Shown here: in pieces, positions 19,808-29,759 of the stretch | Layout: every line of letters begins with the position of its first letter | How positions within the stretch are numbered: the first letter of the stretch is position 1 | NCBI GenBank assembly: GCA_019828565.1 | Contig: JAHDYR010000067.1 | Location: 526,244-590,243, forward strand | From: Carpediemonas membranifera BICM | Lineage: Eukaryota > Protista > Fornicata | Length of the DNA: 64,000 nucleotides | Direction: 5' to 3' | The notes under the pieces: generated by a model | Told to the model about the DNA's origin: nothing | Seen by the model: the letters and a program-made list of their open reading frames with translations, nothing else | Databases searched by the model: none | Translations under genes and position numbers: made by a program

Positions 19808-22528
19808 TCACTGGCCGACAGCGCGACATAGCTCGGCAAGCTCAGACTCAGACATCCGCTCCCAGGGAAACCCGAGTCGACTGGGCCCGACATTAACAAA
19901 GCGGCGGGCCTGCTGGGGATTTGCCTGTGTGGACGTAACGTTCACAATCTGATCCGAAGTGACGGCAGTAGATCCGTGGACCGCAATCTTTGCAGGGAAG
20001 ATTTGGGGAATATCTTCGATCTTTCTATATCTCATAAAAACTGGCGAGTAAATCTCATGTGCCGGTATCGCCCAAAAGGGGGCAGGCCAGATCTGGTTAA
20101 ACAGCCTGAGAGCAGTCGCCTCCTCTGACCACAAATGGTTGTCAGCGATGACAACTGCCGCCTCGGTATTGGCTCCATTCGACTCTGGAGGTGCCGCGCC
20201 CGTCCCAACTCTTGCCCCAAGGTGCTCGAGCTCCTGCCACACTCGCCTCATACCGTGTGACGCTGTATCCGTAGCTACCAAGGCTATGTCATACCCTGCC
20301 AGACTAAGACATGAGTCAAGTGAAGAGTCTCGTTTGACATAGAGCACGAACCCGGTCGACTGAGTTTTGGGGACGCGGACGGGTGCGTTGAGATGCAGGG
20401 AACTGCAGAGAGAGGTGTCAACGACCTGGTCGACAAAGACGAACTGGAGTCCGTGGGTGCGACCGATGAAGCCGATGCAGTCCGTGGTCTTCGTGGCCGC
20501 CGTGGTCGACTCCTCAGTAAAGGCTGATTCGGAAGAAGCAGCTGGTTTGGCAGAGGCTCCTTTCAAGCTCCCGAGCGATAAATCACCAGCCCATTTCGCC
20601 TTTTCATCGGAAAACAGGGGCGTGAGAGCCAGCGACAGCAGGTCCGCGGGGGTTAGCGGGCAGACTGCCAGGGTCGACTCCAGCTTGAGTGGGCAGGGCA
20701 AGTGGAGCTCCTTGGATGAGTATGTCGCGTGTCGACCGTAAGGGTCGACCAGTTCGACAGTCCACTCGCGACGTCTGAAGCGCTGGGACATGGGTGGCCT
20801 GTCCGGCACGGTCTTGCTCACGTCCTTCTCCTTGGTCTTCTCCTTGGACTTCTCCTTCGTCGTCTTCGCCTTCGCCTTGCTCCGCTCCTTCTTCTCCGGC
20901 TCCTCGCCGTCATTCATCCTCTCTTCGCCCACCGCCTCACTCTCCTCCGGCCGACTCGGCCCTGGCACCAGAGCCCCCGCTGCGACAGTCTTCCCTGCCC
21001 CCTCGGCCCGACCATGGGCGGCTGGGGCAGGTACTACTGGTGTGGCAGGGCCCTCTTCCACTGCTATGATCCCTTCATCCACTCTTGCACGCTTGCTGAA
21101 GTCATTGATCAGGGCCGGGGTGGGTTCTGCGGATGGGGTCTTGGCCTTGGCTGTCTTCGACGTTGATTTCGCCTTTGGTTGAGGTTTCTCCTTCGGCTTC
21201 GCGCTCAACTTCGGTTTCTCCTTCCCCTGAGACTTCGACTTCGACTTCGACTTCTCATTGGCCGTCACGACATTGGGTGTCGAGCATACCTTGGCACCCG
21301 CCTGAACGCTCGGCGTATACTCCTCAGGTGCCTCTACCCGCGGTGTCTCGGCTACCCCAGCCGACTCTGCCCTCGCTGACCGCAGCACCCGGTGTGAAGG
21401 CGGCGCCCTTGCTCGGCTGTTGATAAACTTAAGCTTCTTGGGCGTGGATGCCGGGGGCGGCAGGCTCACAGGGGCAGCCTTGGCCTTGGGATCGGTGTCG
21501 GGTAACGCGTAAGCCATGTCCTCAGTAACAGCCTCTCCATCGGTCTGTACCACACGAGCGTCAGGGACGTCCCGGGCTCCTTGGACGGCAGTGAGAACTC
21601 TTGCGGCGAACTGGGCTAGGTTTGGGCCCTCCATGGAGTACGCCAGATCAACTTTGGGGTCCACACGAAGTCTGGTGATGATCTCATCGATAAACTGCGG
21701 GATTGAGTCGATATCCTTCTTTGTCCAGCCAGTTAAGAGTTCATCGCGTCTGAGCAACCACATGGCACGCACAGTACATAGCGGGCAGTACATGATCAAA
21801 GCGTTACGGCCATGGTAGTTCTGTACGATGCTAGAGCACCCCAGACGATCGGCGCAGGTTGGATGAAAAGCGAGGGAGCAACCAATGTCCGCACAACTCA
21901 CGCAGGACCCTATAGTGCCTCCGCATATGCAACAAGGGAGGTCTACTGCGTTCTCCTTGACCTTTTTGGTGAGGAGATGGCCATCCTGTGTCTGGAAGCG
22001 CATAAACTGTGCGAGGGCGCGACAGCAGACGTAGTGGGCATATGTATGCTCGTCGGTAGGAAGCAAAGCGCCACCAGGGCAGGGGCAGAGGTCACATGCC
22101 GGTCTGTTCGGCGTAGCTTTCTTCACTTTCTTGGAAGTGTTGCCCGACTCTGCGCAGGCTGTGCAGAACCACTTTTGCTTCGCCGCTTCAGCCGCAGACA
22201 CATTGTAGCAGGTCATATGGACTGCAAGATCACACCCGGGGCCGTCACAGAAGATGAAATCGTCGCTGGTCTCATAGTTGTCTTGTTGGCAAATGCTACA
22301 GACCTCGTCCTCCTTCTGGCGAACGTCGTCCTCTCCAATCTTCTTGTATGATTGCTGCAAGTAACGTTGTTGCTTCGATGGAGTGTGTTTGCTCGATTTC
22401 AAGGTAGGAGTCTTGATCCTGGCGGATTTCCGAAGAGTGGGAGTAGAATGAACAATAGGGAGAGATCTTGGTGTTCCGAGGGAACTAAACTCTTGATTGG
22501 CAGCATTTGGAGCCTTTGACCGCGACAT
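19808..22528 (-). CDS. PHD finger/zinc-knuckle/ePHD (PZP) chromatin reader, BRPF/JADE/AF10/Nto1-like
   Basis: CSICQ...FCDGPGCDLAVHMTCY...WFCTAC, then CDLCP...HYVC, then CCIC...CADIGCSLAFHPTCA...YCPLC. The ORF-track extension to 22897 is antisense RCC1 copy C; likely start MSRSKAP at 22528. Confidence 0.85.
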   Translation of the reverse strand: MSRSKAPNAANQEFSSLGTPRSLPIVHSTPTLRKSARIKTPTLKSSKHTPSKQQRYLQQSYKKIGEDDVRQKEDEVCSICQQDNYETSDDFIFCDGPGCDLAVHMTCYNVSAAEAAKQKWFCTACAESGNTSKKVKKATPNRPACDLCPCPGGALLPTDEHTYAHYVCCRALAQFMRFQTQDGHLLTKKVKENAVDLPCCICGGTIGSCVSCADIGCSLAFHPTCADRLGCSSIVQNYHGRNALIMYCPLCTVRAMWLLRRDELLTGWTKKDIDSIPQFIDEIITRLRVDPKVDLAYSMEGPNLAQFAARVLTAVQGARDVPDARVVQTDGEAVTEDMAYALPDTDPKAKAAPVSLPPPASTPKKLKFINSRARAPPSHRVLRSARAESAGVAETPRVEAPEEYTPSVQAGAKVCSTPNVVTANEKSKSKSKSQGKEKPKLSAKPKEKPQPKAKSTSKTAKAKTPSAEPTPALINDFSKRARVDEGIIAVEEGPATPVVPAPAAHGRAEGAGKTVAAGALVPGPSRPEESEAVGEERMNDGEEPEKKERSKAKAKTTKEKSKEKTKEKDVSKTVPDRPPMSQRFRRREWTVELVDPYGRHATYSSKELHLPCPLKLESTLAVCPLTPADLLSLALTPLFSDEKAKWAGDLSLGSLKGASAKPAASSESAFTEESTTAATKTTDCIGFIGRTHGLQFVFVDQVVDTSLCSSLHLNAPVRVPKTQSTGFVLYVKRDSSLDSCLSLAGYDIALVATDTASHGMRRVWQELEHLGARVGTGAAPPESNGANTEAAVVIADNHLWSEEATALRLFNQIWPAPFWAIPAHEIYSPVFMRYRKIEDIPQIFPAKIAVHGSTAVTSDQIVNVTSTQANPQQARRFVNVGPSRLGFPWERMSESELAELCRAVGQ

Positions 22529-22577
22529 TCGAGTTCTTGCTCCAAGATTTTTACAGACCAAGAGCTTGCTCCAAGAT

Positions 22578-23101
22578 GGCAACTGGAATGGCCGGTTGGG
22601 ACTCGGGCACGATGATGGGATGACTGGCTTCGTTGACCTGCCCTTCTGGGTCGACCGGATCGTGGCCTCGGTAGATTCTTTCATAGTTCCTGACCTTTTT
22701 TTAACGTCTTCCTCAATGGCCGCCAGCTTCTCTTCGCTGGTCGAGTTCCCATCCATATCGCCCAGTCGGGCCTGCTGCCTGGTTTCAGCGAACGCGACAA
22801 GTGCCTCACACCCACCCCGCTCCGGTTCCCAGAGAGGGTCAAGGGGTTCTGGGGTGACTATGATCGGATGGTCTGGGTGACCGAGGGTGTCACCCACTAT
22901 TACGAGGATGAGAATCCAACTATGGTTCCAATTGAGGCGACAGCGTTTAATGTTGAAGACCCCCTCTGCTTCCGCGACTCCACCGGCCAGTGGTTCAAGG
23001 TGGTGGGTGAGGCAGATGGGGTGGCTGAGCTGGTCGAGTCCGAGGTGGCCGAATCGTGGGAAGACATCATTCCCGTCGATGTCGACCCGTATGATTCATA
23101 A
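22578..23101 (+). pseudogene. RCC1-like family copy C, 5'-truncated fragment
   Basis: Begins mid-gene at GNWNGRLGLGHDDGMTGFVDLPFWVDR; frameshift in a T7 run at ~22696-22702; 3' end retained. Confidence 0.8.
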
Positions 23102-23139
23102 ATGAAGTCAACCCCACTCCAAGTCTCTCAACCATTTAC

Positions 23140-24107
23140 CCAGGGCCAGGATGCCCAGGGCCCTCGGGGTCTATAGCAACAGCAACGGCTTCACCCACAT
23201 CGCCAGGACGCCCAAGGGTCTGTGGGGCTGGGGCACTAACGGACGTAGCCAGCTTGGGTTCAGGTCAGCATTTGATCAATTTGTCGACCCGACCCGCCTC
23301 AACTTCCCCTCCTGCCCCAACATCGCCGAGCTCGAGGCCAGCCTGCCCCCCTGGGAGAAGCACGGGATGGTGACTGGTGTATCGATAATGAGCGGTCAGA
23401 CGTTCATCCTCACCCCAGCCGACACTGTCATGGCTGGATATGAGGCAAGATGGTTTACCGGCCGTGTCGAGCGGGAGAACAGACACCGCTTCCACCCAGT
23501 CGCTGTGCCATCTGGCTTTGTCCCAGATCACATCATGCATGTGGTAAGTTTATTTACCGCGACTGTCATCCTCTCCATGGGCGATCGGCAGGTGATCAGC
23601 GGGGGCAACGAATGTGGCCAGCTGGGGCTCGGGCACGATGATGAGATGTCTGGCTTCGTCGATCTGCCCTTTGGGGTCGACCGGATCATCACTTCTGCAG
23701 ATGAATTCACCGTCTTCCTCGGTGGCCGCCAGCTGCTCTTCGCTGGCAAAGTTCCCATCCATATCGCCAACTCGGGTCTGCTGCCTGGAAAACGCAGGGA
23801 CTACAAGTGCCTCACACCCACCCCGCTCCGGTTCCCAGAGAGGGTCAAGGGGTTCTGGGGTGACTATGATCGGATGGTCTGGGTGACCGAGGGTGTCACC
23901 CACTATTACGATGATGAGAATCCAACTATGGTTCCAATTGAGGCGACAGCGGTCAACAAATGCCCCCTCCGCTTCTGCGACTCAACCGGCCAGTGGTTCA
24001 AGGTGGTGGGCGAGTCAGATGGGGTGGCTGGGCTGGTCGAGTGCGAGGCGCCCAGAAGGCCGAGAGACATCCTTCCCGTCGATTTCGACCCAAGCCCTCA
24101 ATCATAA
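23140..24107 (+). pseudogene. RCC1-like family copy D, 5'-truncated (318-aa ORF from internal Met 23151)
   Basis: Homology starts abruptly at CAGGGCCAGGATGCCC, ~40 bp after copy C, and ends at TCATAAAC. Confidence 0.8.
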
Positions 24108-25084
24108 ACGTTCTGAAGCTACAGTGAGCTCCTTGCATGTCTCAGGCAGGACGCTGTCCTCGCATGACCAGAGAAGGTTGAGCGACCAAGGAGATGCTGC
24201 AGCCCAGGGCAGACTGTCGGCCAGAGGCCCCGGGCGGTGTCAGTCGCGCGAAACCGGCCGCGCACTTTTGCAGCTTTTTTCACGCAAAAAAGTCAGAGGG
24301 CCGAAGCGCCGCGAACTGAGCGTCTTGCTCGTTCTCATGCTTCGGCGCTCGCTAATGCTTCTGCCTTCAGCCCCTGCATGGGCTGCGCGGCGAGGCACTT
24401 AGCGAAACGCACGTGAACTCCACGGCTGCGAATGCCTTAACGCATCGGGGCTACTCAGACACACGGTATACGCCATCTTTCAAACAACATCAACACGACG
24501 TCGGAAGCCCGTGCCAGGGCGCGCGAGCGCTCGGGAAGGTCTGAGTTCGACAGTGAGCTGCGAGAGGCAGTCGGCACGAAAGCGCCGCTGCAGGCACTAG
24601 AAAGCACCGCCGCTTGCTCGTTGGCAGATGAGGCCCCGGCCGATGCTTAGAGCTCGCGGCGCTGGAAGCCTGCAGAAGTATCTATCAGTCAAATGCGCGG
24701 GGCTGCTGGGCTCTCCCAGTAGAAACACAATTCAGACTACTCTCCGACGTCATCGCTAACCAACATCATCGCACCTCTAAATGCCGCCTGCCGTTGTTGC
24801 CCAGGAGAATGGGTCGCGCGAGAGCACACGCGAGGCCAGACACCGCTGCTTCATGCCAGACCACAAACTCAGCGGAGCTGAGCCTCAAGTCGCCGCAGAT
24901 GAGGGCAGTTCATCAGAGAGACACTCTCTTCGCCAAGTCGGCCCGAACAGATAAATCAGTTTATAAGTCTACTCTCACATATATACAACCGCCACCGCCT
25001 CAAAACTCAACCATCACAAGGAAATCACACGTGACCACCGACCAACCGAATCTTTATCCAGAGATCACCAAATTGACCCAACTC

Positions 25085-26818
25085 CTACACCTTAGGCAGA
25101 TATCCGAGAGTCAAGCCGAGAGTATTTGCAAAGGTGATCGTGATAACTTGCATCAGCGTCATCATCACGCCACCCAGATCTGACAAATCCTTCGGAAGCT
25201 TCTCTGATGAAAGCATGAACGACCGTGTCGAGAATAGGCCGTTCGTGACGGAGAAAAGACACATGAGTGCGACTGGAACGAGACCAAAGTTAATGTGGTC
25301 ACGGAATACGTATAATATCGTGTAAACAGGGATGAAAAGGAGGCGCAGGGCAGCAAGACTCAGCACAGTCTTCCCTCCGAGTCTGAACACGCGATACTTA
25401 GGCAAAAATCGACCAATCTGATCACCACCCATAAAGATTGCGAGCAGGATAGTGTCAAACCAACCGCTGTCATCGAGGGCCCTCACACCCGCGGTGAGGG
25501 AGAGCGCGAGGCCTGGGAAAGACGACGCTGTTGTCGCATAAACCGTACATACCGCGAAGTTTGCTGGTGATTGGATCTTGATGATCCGATAAACTCTCTT
25601 GACCCACTCAATCGGGGTTAGCCGAGGGAGGGTTGGTGCGCCGTCCTGGGCGACTGCTTCACTCAGCCTCCTTGTCTGAGGTAGCCGGGAGTGAATGATG
25701 TAGAGTGGTAGGCATGCGGCAACGAGGACGGCGCAAACGATGAAGAAAATCACTGCAGAGTAAATGGCTGCGTCGTCATCAGAGACGACGCCTGTGGATG
25801 TCACGGCCTTCGTCGCAATCCTAATTAGGATGATGGCAACACCAGCGATGCCTTGGCCGAACATCACTCCTTGGACGGCCGCGGGCCCGGCTACAGAGGA
25901 AAGGGCCATAACTGTGGAGCCGAGGACCGAGTAAGCCGCACCTGTAACTACGATTAGCACCAAGTCCGCGATTTGGGCGATCGTCTGGGGCAAAAGCATG
26001 GGTATGACTGGCATGGTGAGGAAGACGGCAACAGTGGCGCCGACAGAGGCGGTCAGCCACGCGATATACGGCAGCTTTCGAATGAATACGAGCATGGCGA
26101 TGTATACGAAAGGATTGACCGAATAAAACGCGACTGTGACCTTAAAGTCGAACCTACCGCCAGGAAACACGGCTTCCCAGTAGTCTGAGAGTGAGATAAC
26201 GGCGTTGAATGCAGTCATCATGGCGATACCGAGGGCTACGAAGACTGCCATGACGAAATAAGCATAGCGTGCAGCTGGGTCACGCCACCCTCTGCGAGAA
26301 ACCACAGCGTCGGGGCGGGGGTCGGCCTGGCGCTGGGAGTGCATCTCACTGAGCAGCAAGCTGACCTGATGGGCTGATGGATCACCGCAAACCTTCCCAG
26401 GGTGGGCGGGCAACTCAACGTCGGTCCCCTCAGTCGCATCAGACGGGGCATCGAGCGAAGAGAGGGAGGAGGCAGAGAGGTTGGGGGAGGCGATGAGGCC
26501 TGCCTCCTGGGATAAGAGAGGGACTGGGGGGAGATCGTGGAGCTTGGCCGAGAGAAGGGCTTCGCGGAGTCGGCGGTTCTCTTCTTTGAGAAGAGCGATG
26601 TGTTCGTCCTTCTCGAGACTGCCGTCGTGCGGAGCAATGGGTATAGAAGACTGGCCGAGAACCGCAGCAATATCCCCTTCGTCAGCGTCGGAATCGAGGC
26701 TTGCGGAGCTCATAGAGGGAGAAGGAAGCACGCTGACGGCAATGGTCGCATGATCATGGACAACATAGTCTTGGGACGCAATGTTGCCCTCTCCAATAAG
26801 CGCGTCGTCTACTTCCAT
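25085..26818 (-). CDS. Equilibrative nucleoside transporter (SLC29/ENT) with long N-terminal extension
   Basis: ~11 hydrophobic segments; ENT motifs LGIAMMTAFNAVISLSDYW, AVQGVMFGQGIAG, FPG, FMGGDQIGR, RLLFIP, FSVTNGL. Confidence 0.88.
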   Translation of the reverse strand: MEVDDALIGEGNIASQDYVVHDHATIAVSVLPSPSMSSASLDSDADEGDIAAVLGQSSIPIAPHDGSLEKDEHIALLKEENRRLREALLSAKLHDLPPVPLLSQEAGLIASPNLSASSLSSLDAPSDATEGTDVELPAHPGKVCGDPSAHQVSLLLSEMHSQRQADPRPDAVVSRRGWRDPAARYAYFVMAVFVALGIAMMTAFNAVISLSDYWEAVFPGGRFDFKVTVAFYSVNPFVYIAMLVFIRKLPYIAWLTASVGATVAVFLTMPVIPMLLPQTIAQIADLVLIVVTGAAYSVLGSTVMALSSVAGPAAVQGVMFGQGIAGVAIILIRIATKAVTSTGVVSDDDAAIYSAVIFFIVCAVLVAACLPLYIIHSRLPQTRRLSEAVAQDGAPTLPRLTPIEWVKRVYRIIKIQSPANFAVCTVYATTASSFPGLALSLTAGVRALDDSGWFDTILLAIFMGGDQIGRFLPKYRVFRLGGKTVLSLAALRLLFIPVYTILYVFRDHINFGLVPVALMCLFSVTNGLFSTRSFMLSSEKLPKDLSDLGGVMMTLMQVITITFANTLGLTLGYLPKV

Positions 26819-27259
26819 GTGCGAGCGACGATTCACCTTTTGGTCAACACCAGTCAAAGTCGATTACAGCCGACTTGAGCTGGGCATGGCCTGCTAAGAG
26901 CGTAGTAGGAGTAGCAGTGTAGATGTTGACCCCGGCCTAGATATGCCAGGGGTCCATGACTGGTTATCGTGAAGTCACTTCGGGTTGAGTGTAGCAAGAC
27001 ATGCAAGAGGGCGCAAAGGCTGCGGGCGGTCGGAAGGTGAACGGTATCATCACGTTACTAAACCTCACATGCCAGTGCCGCATAGATGTGGAAGGACAGT
27101 CATCTTGGGTGAACCGGTCGGGTTATCACTATAGAGTATCATAATGTGCTCTTGTATGGCTTCTTGAGTGATTGTTTGTTGTCGCGCGAGTTATATACGG
27201 TCTATGTATCATGTATATGCTCGGCAACTCTCGCCTGCCAGTCTGTACCCCGCCAGAAG

Positions 27260-28024
27260 ATGCCGCTTGAAGCCAGCTATAAGCCTGAACGTTATGCAAA
27301 GGCTTTTAGTCTTGGTCCCTATCTTATTTCCGACGAGCCCTCAGAATGGAGCCGTTTTCGAGGCGCCGATCCATTTTCTCAACACAGCAGGCGCCGTCCC
27401 CCAAGATGCCATCGTTGCACTGCCGTAACAGATCCAATATGCATGCTATCACTCTCAATTCTTCCCGAGGACATCGCCAACTCTCTCCGCCAGCTCGTCT
27501 CGCCAGACGTCAACCCTGACGAGCCGCTCTTCTTCAGCTTCACGGCCTGTCTCCACTGTGCCCAGAACGACTCATCCTGGGCAGTATGGGAAAGCCTCCA
27601 GCCCGCCAGTAACTTCATCAGAGTCGAGCCGTCGAGTCGAGTTGTCACAGCAGTCACCCTCCCAATCCGATCATTTCCAATCTCATCAGTGTTTCATATA
27701 CCCAAGAACCGCCCCTTCCGCTCCCTGGCAGACTCATCATCACCCAGCCTGGCCCCAGACTCGTCCAACCCCGCCCCGCCGAGAGAGTCAGAGCCTGCCG
27801 TGTCTTCAGGCATGTCGTTCTCAGTCATCCATATCAGCGAGCCCCTGCCCCCGTGTCCGTTGTGCCGTACACAGATGAACCAGTGTGTGCTCAGGGTTGC
27901 CCGGACCTCCATGCTGCATTTATCTGTCCTCCCGGAGGGAAGAATGACCCTGGTGAAGTGCCCACATCATGCGGCTTTCGGGATGATTGTTGAGAAGATA
28001 GGCGGTGTCGAGGACTTCTTTTGA
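27260..28024 (+). CDS. Hypothetical CxxC protein, possibly PDCD2/YwqG-like fold
   Basis: Two repeats of PxCxxC...hydrophobic...Cxx(C/H): PRCHRC...TACLHC and PPCPLC...VKCPHH. Likely start MPLEASYKP. Confidence 0.5.
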   Translation: MPLEASYKPERYAKAFSLGPYLISDEPSEWSRFRGADPFSQHSRRRPPRCHRCTAVTDPICMLSLSILPEDIANSLRQLVSPDVNPDEPLFFSFTACLHCAQNDSSWAVWESLQPASNFIRVEPSSRVVTAVTLPIRSFPISSVFHIPKNRPFRSLADSSSPSLAPDSSNPAPPRESEPAVSSGMSFSVIHISEPLPPCPLCRTQMNQCVLRVARTSMLHLSVLPEGRMTLVKCPHHAAFGMIVEKIGGVEDFF

Positions 28025-28315
28025 GGGTGAGAGTGAGCTGGAAGTTTTACCGTGGGCTTGCTGGTGGACGGGAAGGGCGAATGAGGCGGTTATATTGGTG
28101 CTGGGTGACAATAATTGCCCAGTAGTCCGTTCTTGCTTGTTGATAAATTCAGACAAAGCATGCAAACCGTCAGCCTTTGAATGAACAACCCGGTCGACCC
28201 TGAGAGAGAGCTGAAACTGCCACTCAACCTCACCCATTGAGATGGCTTGGGGACTCCCCGCTGCTCGTGACACTAAACTGCGCAATAGCGCCACCATCCC
28301 CAGTGAGAGAGAAGC

Positions 28316-29347
28316 ATGAGCTGCCGCTCACTTATGCTTCGCTTTGCCTTCTTCATAGCCTCAGTTGCTGTTTTTGCTCTTGCCGTCACCAAATGGTCCA
28401 ACCACGACCCCCTTGTGCCCCCGCCGCCCACAATTGTTCTTGGGGGCGTCTTATTCGATGTGAAGACGACTTCTGAGACTCACTGCGAGAACACATCCGT
28501 CCCGGGCAAGATCAACCAGTCCATTGGCGGGGTAGCGTTCAACATGGCCTCTGCGGTGATCAACGCCGGCGGATTACCGCTCTTGTTCTCCGTTACTGGT
28601 ACTGACGCCATTGGCGCCCACATCAGGAAGATTATCAACGGCATGCGCATTGATCACATCGGCATGGAAGTCCACGAGGGCTCCACGCCCATGTTTGTGT
28701 CCCTCTCCACCGGCGGCGAGCTTGTCACCGCCGTTGCCGACACCGCCCTGCTCGACCAGCACGTGGGAGCCATGATTAACGGCTCCATGCTTGCTTTCCA
28801 GATGAGAGTGGCCAAGGCTGCTCTCATTGACATGAACATCGAGGCTGAGCATGTCATAAGAGCCCTAGCCCTCACAGAGGAGCACGGTGTGTTCACGGTC
28901 ATCGACCCCGTCTCAATCCCCAAGGCTGAGCGACTCAGGGCCGTCCTAGAATCAGGCGCTAGGGTCGACCTGATTTCGCCCAATAGAATCGAACTCAAGG
29001 CTCTTGCGGCAGACCCGAACGACGATGATGACACCGAAGCATGGGTCCACACAGCCTCGCACGAGCTCCTCGCCCGCTATCCGAACCTCGGGGGGGTCAT
29101 CACGACCATGGGTGCCCGTGGAGTGACTCTGGTCGAGCGGACCCGCACCCTGACTCTACCTGCGATACCGGTGGAGTCGGTTGTCGACTCGACCGGCTGC
29201 GGCGATGCGTTCATCGGGGCGACTGTGGGCAGTCTGGGGGCGACGTTGTGCGACTGGGCGATAGATCCTGAGGTGTGCGTCTCCAAGGGGCTTGAGGCCG
29301 CGGCACGGGTGTTGGAATCGGACCAGAGTGCGCTATTTTATGTATAA
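28316..29347 (+). CDS. PfkB-family kinase, pseudouridine kinase-like, with N-terminal hydrophobic leader
   Basis: GGVAFNMA, DPVSIPKA, SPNRIEL, VITTMGARGV and the anion-hole motif DSTGCGDAFIG. Confidence 0.85.
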   Translation: MSCRSLMLRFAFFIASVAVFALAVTKWSNHDPLVPPPPTIVLGGVLFDVKTTSETHCENTSVPGKINQSIGGVAFNMASAVINAGGLPLLFSVTGTDAIGAHIRKIINGMRIDHIGMEVHEGSTPMFVSLSTGGELVTAVADTALLDQHVGAMINGSMLAFQMRVAKAALIDMNIEAEHVIRALALTEEHGVFTVIDPVSIPKAERLRAVLESGARVDLISPNRIELKALAADPNDDDDTEAWVHTASHELLARYPNLGGVITTMGARGVTLVERTRTLTLPAIPVESVVDSTGCGDAFIGATVGSLGATLCDWAIDPEVCVSKGLEAAARVLESDQSALFYV

Positions 29348-29759
29348 AGCGGTTTGCTTTTTATTTTTATTGGTGTGGGGTTGCTGTGAGACAACAACAG
29401 AGTCGCAGGTGACTTGGGTTCGGACTTGCTGGTGAAGTAATGCGCCACTGCGGATCCGAGAATGCCTCAGCGTAAGCTTGTTAACGTTGTAGCGTTGCGG
29501 TTGGAATGTTTACAGGGTTCGCAGCCAGTCTTCGCAGTGAGTGGACCGACCATCATACTCACCCAACCTTGCATCGTGGATCATTAAAGCTTCATCGGAT
29601 GGAACTCCAAGGCAAACCGTGATGTCGAACCACTGAGCTAAAAGGGACCGGGATTCCACAAAACCCAACCTCCATCCGCTGTGTAACTCAAGTCAACCCC
29701 AGACATAAACTTTAGATTCATAAAAATACATCAGTGAAACGACACTCTCCCTCGCCGTG

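Noticed and set aside
22529-22897. N-terminal 123 aa of the 1029-aa ORF
   Set aside because: Mostly the antisense reading of RCC1 fragment C, and it starts at a non-ATG codon.
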